Part shown: one piece after another, positions 14,701-20,000 of the stretch
Layout: each line of letters opens with the position of its first letter
Numbering within the stretch: position 1 is the stretch's first letter
Position numbers and translations under genes: made by a program
Notes under the pieces: model-generated
The model's database searches: none
The model's input: the letters and a program-made list of their open reading frames with translations, nothing else
What the model was told of the DNA's origin: nothing
Virus record (IMG/VR): IMGVR_UViG_2778261060_000013
Reading direction: 5' to 3' (one strand)
Length of the DNA: 20,000 nucleotides
DNA from: an uncultured virus (IMG/VR IMGVR_UViG_2778261060_000013)
Taxonomy: Duplodnaviria > Heunggongvirae > Uroviricota > Caudoviricetes

Positions 14701-17631
14701 ATTAGCGCTAAAAGGTATGCGGTGACTAAAAGCATCTTCTTTAGCGTCTAAGTAAGCTATTTCTTCTTGTGCCAAAGATCTAGTTTCATCAGAGACGTCG
14801 GGGTCGGTGCTGTAAAACTGTAAACAGTCAAATATATCACCGTTTCTTCTAGTACTAATTTGAGCTCCTTCGCGAATTGCACCCTCTCCGTGGGTCATTT
14901 GTTTTTGAGCTTTTTCTCTAAGCTGCGTTTGAGCTCTAGCGGTTCTTACTCCGCCTAATTGCATTATTGATTGAGTTTCTGCTCCTATATATTTAGTTTC
15001 TGCTATTACATTTCCATCTTGGTCTTCAATAACTATTCTTTTAGGAAACCCGGGCTTAGAGCTTTCTCTTACTTTACCGTCGAAATATTCTTTTTTCTTG
15101 GCGCCGTTTTGATAAGAGCTAAAGCCAAAAGAAAACTCTGCTTTACCTTCTGCAACGCTAATAGTTTTAGTAGTCGTAAAAATATTAGTGTTATCTATGC
15201 TGTCATTAAAGTTATCGCTTAATCTGCCTGCTAGACTCATGCCGGGAGACTTGGGCGATGTGTCCTCTAAAGAAAAAAGGTTAACTGGAGAATCTATAAC
15301 AGTTTCAATTTCTTCTGTTATATTTTCGCCTTCGGTCTCAGTAGTTGTTTCTAAAGTTACATCTTCGACGCAATTAGAAGGAGTTATTTGAGAAGCTTCA
15401 TAATAGTTAGTTGGTGTCAGTATTGATAGCTTGTACTCTGTATCAGGAACAAAATGTATAGGCTTATCTATGACTATTGCATTGCCCGTAACAAGCATTG
15501 ACCCGTTGTCATCTGCTCTGTCATAAGTTGAATATAGGCCGCTGGGTATAACGCCAGTCGCAGTTTCTTCAACTTTTAAAGTTCTGCCTGCCAGCTTTCT
15601 GTCATTTCTAAACTCATCATATATTGTAATAACATCTCCGGGCCTGATGTAGTTACCTTCGTTGCCTGCTGTAAATGCTACAGTTTCTGTTTGCAAAACT
15701 TCACTTCTTAGTATCCACTCACCAAATCTTTTTGCTTGGCCTTCGCTTGTGCATCCTATGGCGCTAGTCTCTATCTCTTTAATTCCATATCTTTGTATAC
15801 CAAGTTGGTCTTCGGTATAACATATAGAAGGTTGATAAAGATTATTTTTGTCATTGTATCTAACAATAGCTACCGTATGTCTAGCTCGTTTTGCCGACGA
15901 AGAATATACAAAGTTACCATCTACAACATTAGAGTTGTTAAAAAGATAAATAGGCAGCTTTGGCCTATCTTGAGAAACATATATGCCGCCAAAAGCAAAA
16001 TAAACTATAGCTCTGAACGCAGATGCTAAATCATTTACAACTTTATAAGCTTCTTCTCTAGATGTGATAATATGATTAAGAGTGAATCTGGGCTCAAGTC
16101 CACCTTTGCCATCAGCAACAAGTACGTCGCAATATTTAGCTATTTCATACAGTGTCCACTTGTCAACAATGTCACTATCTATATACTCACCTAAGCCGTA
16201 TCTGTTATTGGTAATTAAATCGTAAAAACACCACGCAGGGTTATTTGTCCACTCTTTTCTAGCTTCAAAACAACCATCCCAATACCCTAAAGGTTCTGTA
16301 TAAGTTCTTAGTATAGGGTCATAGGTGTTGGGTATTTTTACTTTTTGTAATTTTGTTTCATAGGCTCTGCTAGGCAGCCTGCTGAAAAATTCTGCATTAA
16401 ATTTAGAATAAACCATACTGCAGTATGGATATCTAATTACAGAGTCGTATATTTCTACTATAGAATCTACAAAAGATTCATTTTTAAGATAGGAATGAAC
16501 AGAGTCAGGGGTGAGGCGGATAATTTTAATTTCCCAGCCTTGAAAGTATTTATAAAATTTACTATCTCTTGGGTTTTCTTTTTTCCAAATGCCTTTTCTA
16601 AAGTCTATCTCAACACTTCTTAAATACGGTTCTTCTATTTTACCGAAGATTACGTCGTCCACATCAGGAATACTTTTCCATGGAACAAATAAATCTTCTG
16701 CGCTGGGAGTTTTTGCAGTATCTGAGCTAGTTATAATGTTTCTTGTATCGTATACAGGTCTAGTGTATATTTGATATCTAATTTTTCTAGCCTTTTGATC
16801 GCCTTGGCCAAATGTGAGCTGTGCGTTTTGATGCTTTTCTTTTTTGTCGAAAAAGCTCTGCCTGCCTTTGCCTTGTGGCGGAACAATAGCGTTATCATAA
16901 GGGTCGTCAAAAAGAGTTTCCATCAATCTAGGAATCTTTATATTGACTTGTATGGCGACACACTCTTTATTTAAGACATTATATACTTTTGCATTTCTGT
17001 CTATTTCCCCAAGTAAAGTTGGCGGATTATTAACTTCTTCTTCGCCACCTCCGCCAAAGTCTTCTGAGCCATAAGCTTTGTTATAATCGTTATTAGTATT
17101 TTCAACTAATTTAGGAGACCTATACCCCGGCGTTTTTTCTGGAGTAGAAAGGTCTATAGAAGGACCAAAAAGTCTGTCTCCTAAAGACCTAAAAACAGAA
17201 AGCTCAAAATCATTAACACCTTTAGAGTTTGCTTGATTAGGTAGACTGTCGTTAAGGGAGGGTATTTCTCCTTGCGGTATACCTTTAACCCAGTTTAAAT
17301 TTACTTCTTGAAAATTATAAAAGCCATCTTTATCAACGACAGGAACTTCATTCCAGTAAACTGAGCGTAAAAAGCCTAAGTCAGTTTTACAGTTACCGTT
17401 TTCATCTAGCGCTGTGTAAGCTGTAAATTTTGAATCATCATATCCTACATTACCTTCCTGCCCTTGGAATCTATATTCTCCGCTAACAATACCTTCTATT
17501 TCGCCTTCGCAGATTAAGTCAGCAATAACAACTTCGCTTACCGCAGAGTATAATCCTGTTTCTCCAGAATGAAAAACACCTGCTTCATCTGTAATAGGCG
17601 GTCTTGATACGCGTGGATCCTTTTTACCCAT
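11725..17631 (-). CDS. J: Tail tip / host specificity protein, lambda gpJ-like, 1968 aa
   Basis: DLICEGEIEG; KVKIPNTYDP...WDGCF...WTNNPAWCFYDLITNNRYGLG; DKWTLYEIAKYCDVLVADGKGGLEPRFTLN; IGCTSEGQAKRFGEW; IRPGDVITIYD are characteristic gpJ motifs. Follows L-K-I. Confidence 0.95.
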   Translation of the reverse strand: MGKKDPRVSRPPITDEAGVFHSGETGLYSAVSEVVIADLICEGEIEGIVSGEYRFQGQEGNVGYDDSKFTAYTALDENGNCKTDLGFLRSVYWNEVPVVDKDGFYNFQEVNLNWVKGIPQGEIPSLNDSLPNQANSKGVNDFELSVFRSLGDRLFGPSIDLSTPEKTPGYRSPKLVENTNNDYNKAYGSEDFGGGGEEEVNNPPTLLGEIDRNAKVYNVLNKECVAIQVNIKIPRLMETLFDDPYDNAIVPPQGKGRQSFFDKKEKHQNAQLTFGQGDQKARKIRYQIYTRPVYDTRNIITSSDTAKTPSAEDLFVPWKSIPDVDDVIFGKIEEPYLRSVEIDFRKGIWKKENPRDSKFYKYFQGWEIKIIRLTPDSVHSYLKNESFVDSIVEIYDSVIRYPYCSMVYSKFNAEFFSRLPSRAYETKLQKVKIPNTYDPILRTYTEPLGYWDGCFEARKEWTNNPAWCFYDLITNNRYGLGEYIDSDIVDKWTLYEIAKYCDVLVADGKGGLEPRFTLNHIITSREEAYKVVNDLASAFRAIVYFAFGGIYVSQDRPKLPIYLFNNSNVVDGNFVYSSSAKRARHTVAIVRYNDKNNLYQPSICYTEDQLGIQRYGIKEIETSAIGCTSEGQAKRFGEWILRSEVLQTETVAFTAGNEGNYIRPGDVITIYDEFRNDRKLAGRTLKVEETATGVIPSGLYSTYDRADDNGSMLVTGNAIVIDKPIHFVPDTEYKLSILTPTNYYEASQITPSNCVEDVTLETTTETEGENITEEIETVIDSPVNLFSLEDTSPKSPGMSLAGRLSDNFNDSIDNTNIFTTTKTISVAEGKAEFSFGFSSYQNGAKKKEYFDGKVRESSKPGFPKRIVIEDQDGNVIAETKYIGAETQSIMQLGGVRTARAQTQLREKAQKQMTHGEGAIREGAQISTRRNGDIFDCLQFYSTDPDVSDETRSLAQEEIAYLDAKEDAFSHRIPFSANVHQSSNKSSENLLLINSAKQISLKFIKPAGVTSLVVKVIHPITAYAAATDVNKLHLSSRVEYRETTPSQPTTAFQDIFQFNHIKKVKTFETRTRTASETKTTTVETITVSADNTDEALTSADYPEIRKNQVQNIYFSGFQALPFTGNYHSDFSVSGSGIVTKIFFDSLHQSGLDFTGYSITGYNNSSVIGDLAAGNTGAYSSEYTNPDGANLIWSIEPRYKDKTRNRNYTLNDELASGEQQTFKVVNIIENDSKYDITAIEHNMEVYESTAPPVVDYGSSIGGPVENVRVDENDVEKPNETEEKKTPPPFEYDPSDEGACCVSNGDTNSCFNNLKRSECDELKGEFYKDRSCKDIQEEGICVKPTEITEPKPETPVNFTNERFFPMKFKLNINLGDFSPSQGLEDQVASNYKIKPVNDEDVFGNMSTEANQQAALDYYNSLTYFANRGESFYFEYSEKTDQYGDFYLVDRKLAFDNESDAIAGSRLRYVVDDYCEHSQEYLESLGYVVVDRVFPASYGLRDLTKESLRTIEWDDSVTAKDKCNDPKDNTHIGHAFNGSYSSENIKNGNVYWVAPPNQKYKVLIQHALYVFPDFLRDDDGNVIPVERRDEATKDIRDFSFSNLSSNRQQENGKLAYQEGCLCDADDSYEPFADVNFEYIDAIVDKSEQTQKIVKNYADFAKLNFCGENYNEDFEFTFFPKTTFSNKAQYNSILEKGDKELLDYIHPGQYAMFTVSVSPEFDLDSAGEVLDCHDQNGYRYTFAVNLNDIPSLLPGEANTCNQSPAVVLNHPEADNTRVDSKIAPKLYKTPKDYIDKYFVTVDDYTEKGISTSTYMPVEYPGKIKVTHDQDGNVVADDRTECLYVRGLETREDNDKRKYKTEEGRGIDVNSDNSSKLTTSFTFGHGLNDSGLTMVDGYLAVNDCKEYNSVDLQGTTIKSYNVHIDLAPSFKHTQIASTSTSLFYEGNIEDDRSDNPSDPETGTEKIVPRRFSDQ

Positions 17632-17632
17632 A

Positions 17633-18565
17633 TTATCTTTCTTTAGCTTCTATTTTAATTTCATTTCCTACTGTAATGTAGTCGTCACCGTTGCTTACTA
17701 TTATAGTGTTATCGGGCACAGTTGAACTAACATAATTATTAGTAGGGTCACACTCATCTGGAGAGCCATCTGATTTACTCACTTGCTCTGCCCTAGTTTT
17801 CATAACAGTGTCTCCTAGGGTAGGGTTACCGGACTTGTCTTTTAAGTTATTGCCATAGTCGAGTCCGTAACCGTCGTAGCCCCAATAGTTTTTGAAAGGC
17901 ACGAAAGTTAATTTATCTGCGGACCTGTTCATATAGTTGCCATTTTTTTGGTCTTTGGTTTCTATGCTTGATTGTATGACATGACTCCCAACTAAAAGTC
18001 TTCCATAGCCTACGAAAACTGGCCCACCTTCTCTTACTGTATTGGCGGGGCCAGTAAATAGAAAAGACGGACGCCCACCGCCTTCTATCTGTCTAAAATC
18101 TTCAAACTCTGGCATGGGTGTAAGCAGGTTAGCTATACCTGCTGCCATAAGGCCAATGCCCGCCATAAGCAAAGCCGCGCCCATGGGGCCAGCTACAAAA
18201 AAACTTGCCACTACTAAAACGGCTCCTAGTATAGTAGTAAATGCGTCGCTTCCGGCCCCTTCAATGACAGGAATGACGTCAATAGTTTCTAAATCTCTTT
18301 TTAAAACTAATTCAGAGTGTTCCACGCCTTCTAGTTCGTTAATATTTCTGGAAGTATCGTGGACAAAATCTTTACCGTTTATAAGAACTCTATATTTAAT
18401 ATTTTTCTTATCATTCTCAATCAAGTTTGTATAAAGTTTTTTAGTCTGCTCTTGCACAGCTTTCATAGCCTCACTAACAGAATTTACGGAGAGTTTCCAA
18501 ATTTCTCTGCCGATAGCTTTGCCTAGCTCCCCGTGAAATTTTATAGTTGTTAGTTTATCGTCCAT
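17633..18565 (-). CDS. I: Tail assembly protein, lambda gpI-like (ubiquitin-like N-terminal domain + hydrophobic hairpin), 310 aa
   Basis: IKFHGELGKAIG...VSEAMKAV...IDVIPVIEGAG, a hydrophobic segment, then SFLFTGPANTVREGGPVFVGYGRLLVGSHVI. Confidence 0.92.
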   Translation of the reverse strand: MDDKLTTIKFHGELGKAIGREIWKLSVNSVSEAMKAVQEQTKKLYTNLIENDKKNIKYRVLINGKDFVHDTSRNINELEGVEHSELVLKRDLETIDVIPVIEGAGSDAFTTILGAVLVVASFFVAGPMGAALLMAGIGLMAAGIANLLTPMPEFEDFRQIEGGGRPSFLFTGPANTVREGGPVFVGYGRLLVGSHVIQSSIETKDQKNGNYMNRSADKLTFVPFKNYWGYDGYGLDYGNNLKDKSGNPTLGDTVMKTRAEQVSKSDGSPDECDPTNNYVSSTVPDNTIIVSNGDDYITVGNEIKIEAKER

Positions 18566-19298
18566 TGTTATATCTATACACTTGAGTTAAATTCTTAAAA
18601 TATTTATCAATCTTTTCACAATTAGGTCTTCTACCTATTTTGTGGTGGAGAAAATTATTGTTTGAAATATATACGCCAAAGTGATCCACATTATCTTTTA
18701 TAGAAAAACATAGGATGTCACCTTGTTTTAAATCTTCTATTGTATTAAAAGAAACTTTTATTAAATTTTTTTTATTTAACTCAAATGTTTCCTCAACAAA
18801 ACTTTTTGATTTAGCACGCCATTTAGAATCTCTATCGTTTAAAGATTTAGGCAGTAGCAGATTATACCCAACTGATTTATTTAAGTAGTCCTGAACTAAA
18901 GATATGCAGTCAGACTCTCCCCACTTAAATTTTTTTTCTAAAATTTCTATTTTTTCATGTTCGTGCCTGAAGACTTTAAAAGTATCAGAAGTTAAATCAT
19001 ACAAAACAAAGTCTATTTTATGTTTGAGGCTGTCTTCTTTATCTTTGAGAGAAAAATCTGGATTACCGTTTGTGTGAGAATGATAAATAGCTTTTATTTG
19101 CCCGAGATTAGAAGTTTTAAAATAATCTAAAGTGTCAACAGAGAAAGAAATATTTTTTTCCTTAGCTATGTTTCTGGCTTTTTTAGTTTTTACTAGGCCG
19201 GTGTCTTCGTCTGAATATAAAAAACCGCAACATTCTTTGGGAGTGTCTTCCAAAGCGTGATTTTTGATAAATTCACGATTTTCTTTATCTAAAATCAT
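18555..19298 (-). CDS. K: Tail assembly protein, lambda gpK-like (JAB/MPN metallopeptidase + NlpC/P60), 247 aa
   Basis: JAB motif PKECCGF...YHSHT...FSLKD; NlpC/P60 motif DCISLVQDY...GDIL...HFGVY...FLHH. Confidence 0.93.
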   Translation of the reverse strand: MILDKENREFIKNHALEDTPKECCGFLYSDEDTGLVKTKKARNIAKEKNISFSVDTLDYFKTSNLGQIKAIYHSHTNGNPDFSLKDKEDSLKHKIDFVLYDLTSDTFKVFRHEHEKIEILEKKFKWGESDCISLVQDYLNKSVGYNLLLPKSLNDRDSKWRAKSKSFVEETFELNKKNLIKVSFNTIEDLKQGDILCFSIKDNVDHFGVYISNNNFLHHKIGRRPNCEKIDKYFKNLTQVYRYNNGR

Positions 19299-20000
19299 CT
19301 TGCGTTTTGTTCTAGTTTAGTAGCATTAGGAAACCCGCCAAACTGAAGCTCCCCTTTCTTAAAGTCTTCACTTTCTCCTATGACGACAGAGCCTTGTGTG
19401 CCCCATCTTTTTCTGCACCCCTGTAGAGTTTTAGAGCATAGATCTGCTATCCAAAAATCAGGGTTAGGAGGAGAGTACTCAGTATTTTCTGTGGCTGGGA
19501 TATCAACTTTTGCAACAAAGTAATATCTAATACCGTTCTTCTCCATATAGATGTAGTCTCCAGATTCATAAAAAGCTTTGCTGGAGTATCTTCCTTTAAA
19601 TACAAACTCAGAAACTCCTATCATATCTTTTATGTTTTGGTCATTTATTGTAGCTACAGGGGGCGCATCTTCCGGCAAAGTTAAATCTGTTCTCCTAATG
19701 CCGCATTTTTTATATACGTGGTCAGCTAAAGATTGAGCAGAGTTTCCATCGCCTTCATAGAAACAACCGCAGCCTCTATAAGTAAAACCGCACTTAGAAG
19801 CTGTAACAACCCTTCTGGGAAGCTTAACGCCCTCTACATCTAACGAAGAGCTTAGTTCATAGTTAATAGAGTTTTTGTCTTCGCTAGCTTTTCTTTCCAC
19901 AAAGAAGACGTCCCTAGGTAATTCTGCATAAGGGTCTGGTTCGTATTCTTCTGGAAAATTTGAAGCATATATGCCTCTTTGTGAATCTGGGCTAGAGATA
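19295..20000 (-). CDS. L: Minor tail protein, lambda gpL-like (5' end outside the window)
   Basis: The frame stays open from 19900 to the window edge (…PDPYAELPRDVFFVERK…YELSS…LPRR), so GTG 19900 is probably not the start. Cys pattern CGFTYRGCGC…CSKTLQGC…FGGFP matches the gpL Fe-S-binding C-terminus. ATGA overlap with K. Confidence 0.92.
   Translation of the reverse strand, partial: ISSPDSQRGIYASNFPEEYEPDPYAELPRDVFFVERKASEDKNSINYELSSSLDVEGVKLPRRVVTASKCGFTYRGCGCFYEGDGNSAQSLADHVYKKCGIRRTDLTLPEDAPPVATINDQNIKDMIGVSEFVFKGRYSSKAFYESGDYIYMEKNGIRYYFVAKVDIPATENTEYSPPNPDFWIADLCSKTLQGCRKRWGTQGSVVIGESEDFKKGELQFGGFPNATKLEQNAR

Larger units (their letters stand above)
1..20000. mobile_element. Tailed bacteriophage (Caudoviricetes) genome segment: tail morphogenesis module
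   Basis: Densely packed genes including a tape measure protein and a lambda-like L-K-I-J tail tip cluster. No host genes, integrase or att site are visible, so free phage and prophage cannot be told apart. Confidence 0.95.

Noticed and set aside
11725..17631. Diversity-generating retroelement or invertible segment acting on gpJ
   Set aside because: No reverse transcriptase, invertase or long near-identical repeat pair was seen in this window.
10121..18434. Plus-strand ORFs inside the tail-tip genes
   Set aside because: Antisense shadows with Ser/Leu/Phe-rich composition and no motifs.
1..20000. Stop-codon reassignment
   Set aside because: Long genes are intact under the standard code, and TAA, TAG (8809) and TGA (19295) all appear to end genes.

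Overview
The whole window reads as the tail morphogenesis region of a large, AT-rich tailed phage (lambda-like siphovirus tail tip); no host genes, RNA genes or CRISPR arrays were seen. The + strand carries a small ORF, two tandem genes that look like paralogous tail-assembly chaperones separated by a terminator-like hairpin, and a 2225-aa tape measure protein (TMP). The - strand carries a convergent operon: gpL-like (truncated by the window edge), gpK-like (JAB + NlpC/P60), gpI-like, a 1968-aa gpJ-like protein and two further likely tail proteins. Most notable: (1) the TMP has four [IV]PNF motifs bracketing two related small modules and a ~300-aa insert with a PD-(D/E)xK nuclease-like signature, suggesting a TMP that delivers a cargo domain; (2) the usual frameshifted G/GT chaperone pair seems replaced by a duplicated gene pair with a terminator between them; (3) gpJ is modular and is separated from the next in-frame ORF by one stop codon. 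All family calls are by-eye motif recognition, with no database searches.
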